Of a DNA stretch of 64,000 nucleotides, positions 1-8,838 are shown one piece after another. Position 1 is the first letter of the stretch. Each line of letters starts with the position of its first letter. This stretch comes from a virus. Position numbers and translations under genes: made by a program. Under the pieces are notes generated by a model, which was given only the letters and a program-made list of their open reading frames with translations, was not told where the DNA came from and ran no database searches. The stretch is from IMG/VR virus record IMGVR_UViG_3300037200_000088, positions 1-64,000 of that record; one strand, written 5' to 3'.

Positions 1-2
1 AG

Positions 3-368
3 ATCGCCACGCTACGGGGCGAGACGACTGAACGAGACGTAATGCTGGCTACAGCCCTCGTCGAAGCCGCCACGCTACGGGCCGCGCTGGAGAAGGCCAA
101 GCAGGCGTTCTTGCTTATCTTGGACGACGACTCCGATCCTGCCGCCTGGAGAGCAATCGACGAAGCACAAGCCGCCATCGCCGGCATGGCTTCGTCGCCC
201 GACCCGCGCGACGAAGCGCTGCGGTTGGCGGCACAGTCTCTGCAAGCCTTGCGCGACCATGTGCAGGCCGGAAGGATTATCGCCGCTTCAGGCGTAGCCA
301 TAGATATTTCCAAATGCGAGGTGGCCCTCGCCGCTCTCTCGAACCTCAAAGAGGGCCGCACGTCATGA
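3..368 (+). CDS. Hypothetical early protein, 5'-truncated by window edge
   Basis: Frame is open from position 3; ends in ATGA overlap with next gene. Confidence 0.7.
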   Translation: MATLRGETTERDVMLATALVEAATLRAALEKAKQAFLLILDDDSDPAAWRAIDEAQAAIAGMASSPDPRDEALRLAAQSLQALRDHVQAGRIIAASGVAIDISKCEVALAALSNLKEGRTS

Positions 369-742
369 GCGCCAACGAACCGAGCGAAGAGCGGGTCGAG
401 CGGGCGTGCCGCGCTATGTGCGAGGCCGATGGCGTAAATCCAGATGACGAGGGTTATTATCAAAGGGACGGGAAACCAATCATAGATGCCAGATGGAACT
501 CGTACGTGATCCCGGCCCGCGCGGCTTTGCTCGCCGACGCCCCGGAACTTGTCCAGGCGCGGATTGATGGGATGCGGGAGGGGGCGAGCGTCATCCGAGA
601 CAACGGTGTCAGGTATTCCAGAGACGGGACATCGCTTTGCCCGCGACCGGACGGGGACCGGTCGAGCATTCCATACGCCGAAGCGATTGAAGCCCGCATC
701 GCCGCCCTTCAGGCCAATCTCGATAAGGAGCGGGGAACATGA
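365..742 (+). CDS. Hypothetical phage protein
   Basis: MSANEPSEERVERACRAMC; ATGA coupling at both ends, GAGG SD. Confidence 0.75.
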   Translation: MSANEPSEERVERACRAMCEADGVNPDDEGYYQRDGKPIIDARWNSYVIPARAALLADAPELVQARIDGMREGASVIRDNGVRYSRDGTSLCPRPDGDRSSIPYAEAIEARIAALQANLDKERGT

Positions 743-999
743 GGACCGCCGACGAAATCCGCGCCGAGATAGAGCACTGGAAAATGCGTGGCGGCGGCCA
801 TCTCCTGCGCAAGCTACTGGAGCGCGGGTGTTTGCTTGTTCCGACGCATATCTCGTGGCGTCGCGCCGATCAGCTTGTCCGCATTGGGCTATGCACGCTG
901 TACCCATTTCATCAACGCTGGCAGGGCAGACTTGATTTGAGCGCCGCTGGGCGTGACGCACTCGCCCCGCCGCCAGTCCAAGGGGAGGGCGTGAAGTGA
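739..999 (+). CDS. Hypothetical phage protein
   Basis: ATGA coupling, AAGGAG SD. Confidence 0.7.
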   Translation: MRTADEIRAEIEHWKMRGGGHLLRKLLERGCLLVPTHISWRRADQLVRIGLCTLYPFHQRWQGRLDLSAAGRDALAPPPVQGEGVK

Positions 1000-1217
1000 T
1001 CGTTACCTTTAGCGAGCCGGCGCGGCTAAACGATCGCGGCCAATGCTGCGGTCGAAAGCCGCTCGATTACAAGACCGGCAACTTCGCGCCCGGCGGACCT
1101 CACAAGTTCTGCGATCGATGCTCGCGCGCGTTTGATCGGGACACTGGCGAGCAAATCCCTAACTGGGCGTATCAGGCGACCGAGGGCGGCTTTCTTCGCA
1201 GGAACCCGGGCGCATGA
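996..1217 (+). CDS. Small Cys-rich (putative Zn-binding) protein
   Basis: CCGRKP...FCDRC motifs; GTGA coupling. Confidence 0.7.
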   Translation: MIVTFSEPARLNDRGQCCGRKPLDYKTGNFAPGGPHKFCDRCSRAFDRDTGEQIPNWAYQATEGGFLRRNPGA

Positions 1218-1263
1218 CCGATCCCCGCCGCGTCTACAGCATCAATGAAGCCGCAGAGGCGAT

Positions 1264-1473
1264 ATGACCCTTCCCCCCGAGGCCCAAGCTTTGACGATCG
1301 CAGAGGCGGCGGCGGCGCTCCAGGTCAGCGAGCGAACGATCAAGCGATATCGCGCAACCGGCGTGCTGCCCGCGTCCAAGCGACTGGGCGTCGCGCGGAT
1401 TCCCGTCTCAGCTATTTCTGCACTGCTGGCCGGCGAAGAGGCACAACCGAAGCGCCATGCTGGCCGTCGATAA
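1264..1473 (+). CDS. xis: Excisionase-like HTH DNA-binding protein
   Basis: LTIAEAAAALQVSERTIKRY...G.LPA.K.LG..RIP is a HTH_17/Xis pattern; converges on integrase remnant. Confidence 0.8.
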   Translation: MTLPPEAQALTIAEAAAALQVSERTIKRYRATGVLPASKRLGVARIPVSAISALLAGEEAQPKRHAGRR

Positions 1474-1765
1474 AATTGGCCCAGGCCCTCATGAGCTCGC
1501 GGCGCCGGTCGAGCGCATCGCCGCGGCGATACGCGGCCTCGGTCTGGTCGCCGAGCGAATGGGCGAGCGCGGCCTCGGCGAGATCACGGGGGAAGGACGT
1601 GGCCTCCCAAACCCAATCGCGAAAAGAGGAGCGGAAGCCATGCGCGGTATAGACGAGCTTACGGCGCCGCATAAACATCGTCAGCGACATATCGCTGATC
1701 GGCGTGCGGGGCTTGCGCCCGGGAAAGACCAGCGGCGAGCGTGGGTGTCTGCCTGGACTATGATT
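1412..1765 (-). pseudogene. int: C-terminal remnant of a P4-like tyrosine integrase
   Basis: LVFPG.K...PISDMSL, HGFRSSFRDW, AALAH, AAYRR motifs; in-frame TGA at 1766-1768 upstream; about 300 N-terminal aa missing. Confidence 0.85.
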
Positions 1766-1796
1766 TCAAGCCGCTTGAGCTAAAGGGGTGAGGCCC

Positions 1797-2090
1797 ATGA
1801 AAGCCGGGGAGATCGTGACCGATGACATGGTCGAGAAGGCGTCAAATGCGTGGATGATCGCGCCTCTTAGCTCCGACCGATTCCGCGCCGCGCTCGCCGC
1901 CGTCGCGCCCCTCTTCGCCGAGCAGTTCGCGAAGGTTGCGGAACTCGACGTCGATTGGGTGAACTTCGGCAAGCGCGACATCCCTCAGTGGGACGGCGGC
2001 CCAGACGCGGTGCGAGATTACCGATTAGGGATTGTCGCCGGCCGCGCGATTGCCACCGCCATCCGCACCGCAGGAGCCTCCAATGACTGA
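1797..2090 (+). CDS. Hypothetical phage protein
   Basis: GAGG SD, phage-like VTDDMVEKA start. Confidence 0.65.
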   Translation: MKAGEIVTDDMVEKASNAWMIAPLSSDRFRAALAAVAPLFAEQFAKVAELDVDWVNFGKRDIPQWDGGPDAVRDYRLGIVAGRAIATAIRTAGASND

Positions 2091-2388
2091 CCAACCCGAC
2101 ATCGAAGCTATCGCGTTGCGGCTGAAAGAGGCGGCAGGCACGCTCACAAGCACATTCCCGTCCGCCCCGCTCGCGAACGACGTCCTCGCTCTTATTAAGG
2201 CATACGAGGGGGCGAAGCGGGATTTGGCTCGGACAGAGAGCGTAAGGCAGATGATGTTGGACGAATGGGACATCATGCGCGCCCGTCTTGCGGAAGTAGA
2301 GGGGGAACGGGACGCGGCGCGGGCGGATTTTGAGCTCTACCGCAGAAACACGGAAAAGCCGTTTCTCAACAAAGGGGATACCCCATGA
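2083..2388 (+). CDS. Hypothetical coiled-coil protein
   Basis: AGGAG SD before ATG 2083; coupled to next gene. Confidence 0.7.
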   Translation: MTDQPDIEAIALRLKEAAGTLTSTFPSAPLANDVLALIKAYEGAKRDLARTESVRQMMLDEWDIMRARLAEVEGERDAARADFELYRRNTEKPFLNKGDTP

Positions 2389-2573
2389 CCAAGCTTGACA
2401 TGAAATCGAGCATCGAAGTCGACAAGGATGAAATCGAGCTTTTGTTGGTAGCCTTGGCGGCCTTCGTTGACGACCGTTGCACAGGGAGCGAGGGCGACGA
2501 CGCGAAGGCCCTCGCGGCTAAGCTCGAATCCATCCTCGCCGAAGCGCCAGAAACGACGATAGGCTCCCGATGA
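2385..2573 (+). CDS. Hypothetical protein
   Basis: ATGA overlap, AAGGGG SD. Confidence 0.65.
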   Translation: MTKLDMKSSIEVDKDEIELLLVALAAFVDDRCTGSEGDDAKALAAKLESILAEAPETTIGSR

Positions 2574-2610
2574 TATGCCCGCTACTAAAATAACAGGATA
2601 GGAGAGAACA

Positions 2611-2766
2611 ATGCATGGAATTGAGCTTTATGAAGCAGCGTTGCTAATTGTGCTAGCAGCTATAGTCTTGTGTATCAGAATTCATCTTGCAATTAAATTT
2701 GTTAATTCCAAGCCTCTCTTTGAGGAAACCCCGCCAGAAACGCCAAAAAGCGCCAGCCAGCCCTAG
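2611..2766 (+). CDS. 51-aa single-pass membrane protein (AT-rich, below ORF-track cutoff)
   Basis: AGGAGAG SD; MHGIELYEAALLIVLAAIVLCIRIHLAIKF...; TAAAAT upstream. Confidence 0.55.
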   Translation: MHGIELYEAALLIVLAAIVLCIRIHLAIKFVNSKPLFEETPPETPKSASQP

Positions 2767-2908
2767 GGCCAGCCGGCGCGAAAGTGAGTAGTTTGTGAGC
2801 TGTTTCTGAGCGGTTTGGAGGTCAGTCGGCGATGGTTCTCCGGAAAACAAAAAAGTCCGCCGGAACGCCAACTAAGGCGCGCCGGCGGCTGGATGAGGAG
2901 ATGGGAAG

Positions 2909-3262
2909 ATGAGCATGTCGGTTGACGAGAAAACGGTCCGCGAACGCATCGAGGCCCGAGAATACGATACCAAAATTCCTTACGAGTTTGTGGCGACGCC
3001 GGCCAACGACGATATGACCGTCCGGCAAGCCCTCGAGCACGAGGCCGAGCAGAAGCGGCTGCGCTCAGAACATTCTGCGCGGCGGCGCGCCGACGATAGG
3101 CGCCTTGAGGAAAAATTCAGGGCAGATCTTGCGGCACAGCACCGGATAACCGGCCACCCGAAAGAGGAAAGGGTCTGGGAAATGGCGTGGGAACGCGGCC
3201 ATTCCTACGGCTGGTTGGAAATCGCTTCGGAATATGAGGACCTCGCGGAACTGGCTCGCTGA
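2909..3262 (+). CDS. Conserved-looking hypothetical phage protein
   Basis: EKFRADL...VWEMAWERGHSYG motif; GAGGAG upstream. Confidence 0.75.
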   Translation: MSMSVDEKTVRERIEAREYDTKIPYEFVATPANDDMTVRQALEHEAEQKRLRSEHSARRRADDRRLEEKFRADLAAQHRITGHPKEERVWEMAWERGHSYGWLEIASEYEDLAELAR

Positions 3263-3303
3263 TCACCCCCTCGGTATCCACCGCACGTAGAGAGCGGTCC
3301 CCG

Positions 3304-3618
3304 TCAGTGATTTCTTTCCTCTTCCGGCGGTAGTTTAGGAGGAAAAGGGTCTTGGCGACCCTCCAGCCGCCTGACGATATCCAAGATGGATTCCGTGTGA
3401 TCCTCAACTCGCGTCAGACGCGTTTCGTTGGCCGAGCCCGTCTGCTGGATTTTCTCTATGCTCTGGTTCGTGTGAACGCCATCCTGCTCCAAATAGCTGA
3501 TCCGGCTGTCGAGCTTAGACGCATACCATATGCCCAGCCCCGCGTTGAGTGCGAGCCCCAGCATGAGTCCGATCGGGACCTTCTTGTCGAGGTGCCAGTT
3601 CCCGTCGTCGGCGTCCAT
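3304..3618 (-). CDS. Single-TM coiled-coil protein (holin/XhlA-like, lysis-region)
   Basis: WHLDKKVPIG + TM + coiled coil; start placed at ATG 3618 after purine-rich SD. Confidence 0.65.
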   Translation of the reverse strand: MDADDGNWHLDKKVPIGLMLGLALNAGLGIWYASKLDSRISYLEQDGVHTNQSIEKIQQTGSANETRLTRVEDHTESILDIVRRLEGRQDPFPPKLPPEEERNH

Positions 3619-3733
3619 GACCTTTTTTCCTAGCAGTCCTGGTGAGGCCCGCGATATACCAACTTCTGGTGAATCCATAGGTTTCACACGTTCCCCTGAG
3701 AGAAAATCAAATTGAGGTTTTCGGAGAGGCTAA

Positions 3734-3922
3734 TCAGGGTAGTCGCCGACGAAATCGCAGAGCAGCCATATGACGACGAACAGCCCCGCGCCAGTGAGCG
3801 ACCCGAGATATGCCACGCCCGACCGCTCCGTTATTTCTGAAGAAATCCATGCTGGACCATACGATGACGAGAAGCACGCCCGCAGTAAACGTCCCAGCCA
3901 TGGCCTCAAAATAGACCATCAT
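3734..3922 (-). CDS. Small membrane protein
   Basis: N-terminal TM, basic tail; ATGA coupled to GT2. Confidence 0.5.
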   Translation of the reverse strand: MMVYFEAMAGTFTAGVLLVIVWSSMDFFRNNGAVGRGISRVAHWRGAVRRHMAALRFRRRLP

Positions 3923-4647
3923 GCGCGATAGTCCCTGTGAGACAAGGTGATGGGTCTTCCCAGAAAGTGTATGCTGAAATAATTCAGAGAATACAGGAAG
4001 GCGGTTTTCAAGTAACCGCCTCGATTAAAACGCCTGGCGCTAGAGTTGCACCAGAGAGCGGGCAGAAACTTGACCTTCCCGACCCTGGATAAGCGCAATC
4101 CCGTGAGCGTATCTTCGCCAAAAAAATCAACTTCCAGCGGAAAGCCGCCAACAGCAAGCAACGCTGAACGTTTCAGGACGAAGTTTCCGCCTTGAAGCGA
4201 TACCCCGATGTAGCGATGTGCGAGCCGCTGAGCCCAAGTGAACGCCGCTCCCGCTGCCTTGGCGATCGGACCCTGCTGATCGAACCAGACCGGGCCGGAG
4301 ATCGCGACGCACTGCGGATCGTCAGTCAAAGCCGAAAGGTTATCGAGCCACGCCGGCGGAATGCGGTTGTCAGCGTCTATGAACGCTTGCGTGCCGTGCC
4401 GTGCGGCCAGCATTCCCGCCTGTCGCGCCCGGGTAAGGCCCCGCTCTTTGCAGGTGATCACCCGCGCCCCGTGCAAAATGGCCAGCAAAGCGCTTTGATC
4501 CGCGCTGCCGTTATCAACCACGATCATCTCGTACTCGAAATCCTCGTGGTCTTTGGCGTACGTGAAGGCGGCGATCTGGATTGCGATCAGGCACGACGGG
4601 AGCAAAAGCTCTTCATCCAGGCACGGGACAATGAAGCTTACACGCAC
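3919..4647 (-). CDS. Glycosyltransferase family 2
   Basis: SFIVPCLDEE, VVDNGSAD, ARQAG, FIDAD, GED, SSARRF motifs. Confidence 0.92.
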   Translation of the reverse strand: MRVSFIVPCLDEELLLPSCLIAIQIAAFTYAKDHEDFEYEMIVVDNGSADQSALLAILHGARVITCKERGLTRARQAGMLAARHGTQAFIDADNRIPPAWLDNLSALTDDPQCVAISGPVWFDQQGPIAKAAGAAFTWAQRLAHRYIGVSLQGGNFVLKRSALLAVGGFPLEVDFFGEDTLTGLRLSRVGKVKFLPALWCNSSARRFNRGGYLKTAFLYSLNYFSIHFLGRPITLSHRDYRA

Positions 4648-4648
4648 G

Positions 4649-5452
4649 TCAATGCGTCATCGCGTGCAGCAATCCTGCGATTCCGCCAACCATGCCGACG
4701 AACCCGAATACGACGGCGGTGATAGAGACGTTTTTGGCGAAACCGTCGGCCGCCTGTTGGGTTCGGCCGGTGCCTATGTTCGCGCCGGCCGAGAGGCGAT
4801 CAATGGCCGTCGCCATTTCCGCAAGAGCGCGCGCGGTTGCTGGATCTGAAACGCTGCTTCGCCCTTCGTTGGCCAGCACGCGCTCTTTGAGGTCGCTGAT
4901 CTTGTCATCGGTGTTTTTGACGATCGATTTTACGCTGTCGGCGAGCTGATCGATTTGCTTGGTGAAGGCGGTTTCGCTTTTGGTGATCGAGAGCGCGTTG
5001 GACTTGTTCTGCTCTCCGACTGCCTCTTTCGCTGCTGCAAAGGCCGCGTCAACCGCGCTCTTGACGTCGCGCGCCGCCTTTTCGGTCTGGATATCGCTGA
5101 GCTGAAAACGTTCGTTGACCGTCGTCTTGAAAACGCTGACGGTCTCGGCAAGCGCAGCGAGCTTGATTTCGGTCTGAGAATACCTGCCCTCGACATGCTC
5201 CAGCAAGCGTGCCCGCTTGGCCTCGTTGAACTCACCGGCGGTTTGGAGCGCCTTATCGAGCGCGGTCGGGACGCGGGTCAGGTTTTCGCTGAAAATCTCT
5301 GTCGCTTTGTCGATCGCGTCAAAGCGCGCCACGACGGTGTCCTTGAATGCGGCGATGGAGTCCTTAATGAGCGCTACGGTCGCGAGTGTCGGGTCGGGAT
5401 CAGGACGGCGCATGCGCGCTTCGTTGGTCTCGGGTACTTCAGAGGTTAGCAC
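4649..5452 (-). CDS. Coiled-coil protein with C-terminal TM (start may be ATG 5413)
   Basis: Long heptad region followed by hydrophobic C-terminus. Confidence 0.75.
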   Translation of the reverse strand: MLTSEVPETNEARMRRPDPDPTLATVALIKDSIAAFKDTVVARFDAIDKATEIFSENLTRVPTALDKALQTAGEFNEAKRARLLEHVEGRYSQTEIKLAALAETVSVFKTTVNERFQLSDIQTEKAARDVKSAVDAAFAAAKEAVGEQNKSNALSITKSETAFTKQIDQLADSVKSIVKNTDDKISDLKERVLANEGRSSVSDPATARALAEMATAIDRLSAGANIGTGRTQQAADGFAKNVSITAVVFGFVGMVGGIAGLLHAMTH

Positions 5453-6149
5453 TTATCGAGCCCGTCAAAAGCCTCTGTTTCTCACGCCAGGCCACTCCGG
5501 CCGCCTGCACCTTCGCAATATGCTCTGGCGTTTTCTTGTGTGCGCTCATCTTGGCGCGGGTCTCAGGTGATCGTTTGATTCCCACTAGCGCGGCGCTCCT
5601 TTTGGCTCGAGCCTTTGGGTCAGACATGATCTTCCGTTGCGCTTGGCTTAATTGCTCTCGGTGGCCATCGGATAGCGCGCGGCCTTTGTTCTTTTCCAAC
5701 GCTTTCGCTCGCGTGACGTCGCTGGGGATTCGCCCTTTAAGCGCCTTACTCAAATTGTTTCTGTGACTAGCGGATTTTATGTGACCCGTGAGAGACTTGC
5801 TCAGGTTCGCGCGATGGGCGGCAGACGCGATCAGGCCAAACGATCCTTCCCCGCCGTCGGTGAGATTGCATAGCGATCCGGTCTGACTATTGACCCTACC
5901 GAAGTGCGCGATCAGCGCCATCTCGGTCTCAAACGCCTCGGGCTCAGTCAGATTTTCTCTGACAGTCACAAAAGAAATAGGCCCGTGCTTTTTGACTATG
6001 TTGTTCATGTGCGGATTATGGTGCGTGCCGCGCGCGGCCTCTCTGTTGTGGAACATGATCCGGCGTCGTTGCCCCTTTCCCACGTAACACGGCTCATCGG
6101 TCCTCGGATGGAAGCCAACGTAGACGTAGAATTTTTGTTCATCGCGCAT
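5439..6149 (-). CDS. GIY-YIG homing endonuclease with NUMOD3-like repeats
   Basis: FYVYV...CYVGKG, NLTDGGEG, repeats such as RSPETRAKMS. Confidence 0.88.
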   Translation of the reverse strand: MRDEQKFYVYVGFHPRTDEPCYVGKGQRRRIMFHNREAARGTHHNPHMNNIVKKHGPISFVTVRENLTEPEAFETEMALIAHFGRVNSQTGSLCNLTDGGEGSFGLIASAAHRANLSKSLTGHIKSASHRNNLSKALKGRIPSDVTRAKALEKNKGRALSDGHREQLSQAQRKIMSDPKARAKRSAALVGIKRSPETRAKMSAHKKTPEHIAKVQAAGVAWREKQRLLTGSISANL

Positions 6150-6190
6150 GGTGCAACTATAGCACAATCAACCGACGATTGCCTGACCCG

Positions 6191-6595
6191 TCACGACTGC
6201 CACATGGTGGAATGCCCGTCGCCCTGTATCCCGGTCGCTGCCGGCTGAAACATCCCGAGCCCACCGATCACCGTCGGCAGCCAGCTATCGGCCGCAGCAA
6301 GCCCCCCAGGGCCAGCGCTGAGCGCTGTGTCGAGTTCGGTCGCCCATGTGAAGCCTTGCGCGCCGAGCTCAGTCAGGATGCGCCCCGCGGCCCGTATAGC
6401 GCCGGGGTGAGCTTTGACCCACGCGTCGAGCGCGGCGATCTTTGGCTGCGCGGCTGTGAGCGCAGCCAATGCGTCCGCTTCTGACATGGGCGCTGCTGGC
6501 GGTAGCGGCAAATTCGCCGCGTAATCCGCTTCGGCCTGTTCGAACGCGCGCACGAGCGCCATGAGGTCAAAGCGCGTGGCTACGGAAGCAATCAT
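6191..6595 (-). CDS. Hypothetical Ala-rich protein (lysis region)
   Basis: AGGA SD, clean ORF between HEG and moron. Confidence 0.7.
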   Translation of the reverse strand: MIASVATRFDLMALVRAFEQAEADYAANLPLPPAAPMSEADALAALTAAQPKIAALDAWVKAHPGAIRAAGRILTELGAQGFTWATELDTALSAGPGGLAAADSWLPTVIGGLGMFQPAATGIQGDGHSTMWQS

Positions 6596-6619
6596 TGCTT
6601 TTGAGTTCCTATTTGTCTC

Positions 6620-6650
6620 TTGACATTTTGTTTGATACGTGGGCTACTCA
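6620..6650 (+). promoter_or_regulatory. Putative RpoD promoter of moron
   Basis: TTGACA-N17-GCTACT resembles alphaproteobacterial TTGAC..GCTA consensus. Confidence 0.6.
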
Positions 6651-6694
6651 CTTCAGCCGCGCGCCTCGGCGGTATCTGGGGCTGGAGAGATAGC

Positions 6695-8308
6695 ATGATT
6701 TCGCATTCCGGTCGCCGTGCCCGTGCGGCAAATCCCGAACAATCGAAAACCTCCAAGACGAAAGTTGGCCGTTATTCCGAGTTGGAATACGGCGTTCTCG
6801 TTTCGTCGCCGCGCGAACGCTTCGAAGCGGCGACTTGCGATAGCGCAAAAGTCTTCAAGACAGATGCGACGGGGCTTTGGGAATTGTATCTGAAGGGGCT
6901 TCCGGCGCCTGAGCGGCAGTATCACAACTGCCATTGCTGCCGGACCTTTATTGAGCGGTTCGGCTCTCTTGTAGTCATTGACGACAAGGGCATCGCTTCG
7001 CCCGCTCTTTGGACTGAGGATTGCGCCGGGCTGTACCATGACGCATTCGCTGCGATGTTTCACGCTGTCAAGTCCGCTAGGGTTACCGGCGTTTTCCTTT
7101 GCAAGAAAACGACGTGGGGTATCCCCGAAACGCCGGGCTGGACGCACTTGTCCGCCTTTCCTCCGGCTCGCCTTGTCTATCGCGAAACCGCCCTCACCGC
7201 CGGGCAAAAGATGGCCGCCAAGCGCGAGGATTACATCACCATTTCGCGCGCGCTTTCCGAATACCCTGCGGAAATAATCGATCAGGCGATTCGCTTGTTT
7301 GATGCGGATGCATTGGCTCGTTCTGAACGGTTCCTTGAACCAGCAAGATGGTTGCGCCGACTGCATGATCGACCGCGCGGTCGCCTAGGCGAAAACATCT
7401 TGTGGCGCGAGGTCGCGAGCGCCCCGGACGGCTTTTGCCATATCAAGTCCTCCGTTATCGGTCCTCTATTGGATGCGATCAGAGAAGGAAAGCCCTTCGA
7501 CGAAATTCGCCGCTCGTTCGAATCCATGCTGCACCCGCTTCGCTACCAGCGCCCAACCGAAGCGCCGAACGCCGGGAATATCCGCGCGGCGGAACTTTTG
7601 GTCGAGAAACTCGGCGTTTCGCGATCTCTCGAACGAAGGTTCGCGCGGCTCGACGAAGTCCCTCGCGCGTGGACCCCGAAGCCTTCAAAGGAGCCCTCGA
7701 ACGAAGGCGGCGTTTTTGCTCACGTCAAAGCCAAAAGCGGCGGCGCATCGGTTCGTCCCGTCGAAATCGGCGAGACCGTCGTAACCGCCGTTAAGTTCCT
7801 AGACAAGGTTTTGCCGAGCGCCGAAAAAATCGAATTGTTGGTTCCGGGGCACGGCAACTTCATCGCCATGCTGACGGCGGAGCACGCTGACGCGCCTGTA
7901 ATCCACAAGTGGGGAAACGCGTTTTCTATCTATGTCTACCACAACGGAAGCCCCGCTTCGACTTGGAAGCTAGCCGCGCACGCATGGGCTGAGGTTACGG
8001 CGTTCGTTCGAATGCCGTCGATGTGGGGAGAAACCCCCTCGCCACATCTCGGAGACGGCTACGTTATCGCTCTCAAAGGCGCGGTCGATGTGAGTGAAAA
8101 CCAAGGCAACGCTCTTTTTCCAGAGACGCTAATTGGCGAGCTTCATGGGGCAAGATCGGTGGTCGAGGCGTATTCCAAGGCCGCGAAAATCGGCGGTAGG
8201 GAAAACGCTTCGGTCTGCGGATATGCCTTGCGAGGGGGCGGTGACGTTCGCCTGAGAGTGCTTGCCAACGGCGGGACAGCGTTGTACAGGATCGACCGTT
8301 GGGATTGA
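6695..8308 (+). CDS. 537-aa protein of unknown function with HNCxCC motif (moron)
   Basis: GGAGA SD before ATG 6695; ERQYHNCHCCRTFIERFG motif; antisense to late operon. Confidence 0.85.
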   Translation: MISHSGRRARAANPEQSKTSKTKVGRYSELEYGVLVSSPRERFEAATCDSAKVFKTDATGLWELYLKGLPAPERQYHNCHCCRTFIERFGSLVVIDDKGIASPALWTEDCAGLYHDAFAAMFHAVKSARVTGVFLCKKTTWGIPETPGWTHLSAFPPARLVYRETALTAGQKMAAKREDYITISRALSEYPAEIIDQAIRLFDADALARSERFLEPARWLRRLHDRPRGRLGENILWREVASAPDGFCHIKSSVIGPLLDAIREGKPFDEIRRSFESMLHPLRYQRPTEAPNAGNIRAAELLVEKLGVSRSLERRFARLDEVPRAWTPKPSKEPSNEGGVFAHVKAKSGGASVRPVEIGETVVTAVKFLDKVLPSAEKIELLVPGHGNFIAMLTAEHADAPVIHKWGNAFSIYVYHNGSPASTWKLAAHAWAEVTAFVRMPSMWGETPSPHLGDGYVIALKGAVDVSENQGNALFPETLIGELHGARSVVEAYSKAAKIGGRENASVCGYALRGGGDVRLRVLANGGTALYRIDRWD

Positions 8309-8312
8309 GTTT

Positions 8313-8385
8313 CAGGTTATAGCTCAGTGGTAGAGCGTCGGAATCTGGTTCCGAAAGTCGCTGGTTCGATTCCAGTCTAACCTGA
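8313..8385 (+). tRNA. Atypical tRNA, anticodon CTG (Gln by anticodon; C1-G72/A73 Pro-like acceptor)
   Basis: CAGGTTA/TAACCTG acceptor, GCTC-AGTGGTA-GAGC D arm, TCGGA-ATCTGGT-TCCGA anticodon arm, GCTGG-TTCGATT-CCAGT T arm, extra C8377, no encoded CCA. Confidence 0.8.
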
Positions 8386-8392
8386 CCTTCTT

Positions 8393-8428
8393 GAGACGCC
8401 GCCAATCGCACTGGCGGCGTTTCTATTT
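8393..8428. terminator. Hairpin terminator between convergent units
   Basis: GAGACGCCGCCA/TGGCGGCGTTTC 12-bp stem followed by TATTT. Confidence 0.7.
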
Positions 8429-8838
8429 CAGGACTTGGCGGTTCCGGGCGCGGGGGCGAGCGCAGTCGTCGCCGGGACTGTCGGCGCAGTTGTGGTTGGA
8501 GCCAGAACCACCGTCTGACCGACCACACCCTTGCTGAACAGCGTACCAAAGATTGTGCTTAGCCTCGCTCCAGCCGGCCCCAGATCCGTCATGATCTGGC
8601 GTCCTTCCGTGACCAACGCCTGCACGTCCGTGATGGCAGTCGGAGCGACATTCGTGAGCGCGGTCGCCGCCGCTTGCGCCCCAGCGACGAACGGCGCTGC
8701 GCCGGGGATCAGCCCCACGGCCGGCAAGATCTCTTCCCCGAGTTGGACAGCGGGCGCGATGAAAGGCTGCACTTTCGTGTAGGCGTTCTCGACGTCCGTA
8801 AACAGACCTTCTAGAAAAGTCTCGGCTGCATTGCTCAT
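8428..8838 (-). CDS. Hypothetical amphipathic protein (lysis region)
   Basis: GAGGT SD; clean ORF. Confidence 0.75.
   Translation of the reverse strand: MSNAAETFLEGLFTDVENAYTKVQPFIAPAVQLGEEILPAVGLIPGAAPFVAGAQAAATALTNVAPTAITDVQALVTEGRQIMTDLGPAGARLSTIFGTLFSKGVVGQTVVLAPTTTAPTVPATTALAPAPGTAKS

Noticed and set aside
2693-2705. CtrA box
   Set aside because: TTAA-N5-TTAA rather than N7, and it lies in an AT-rich coding stretch
8313-8385. tRNA as attP/attB site
   Set aside because: It is a full-length tRNA inside phage genes, far from the integrase remnant, and I saw no duplicated 3' fragment
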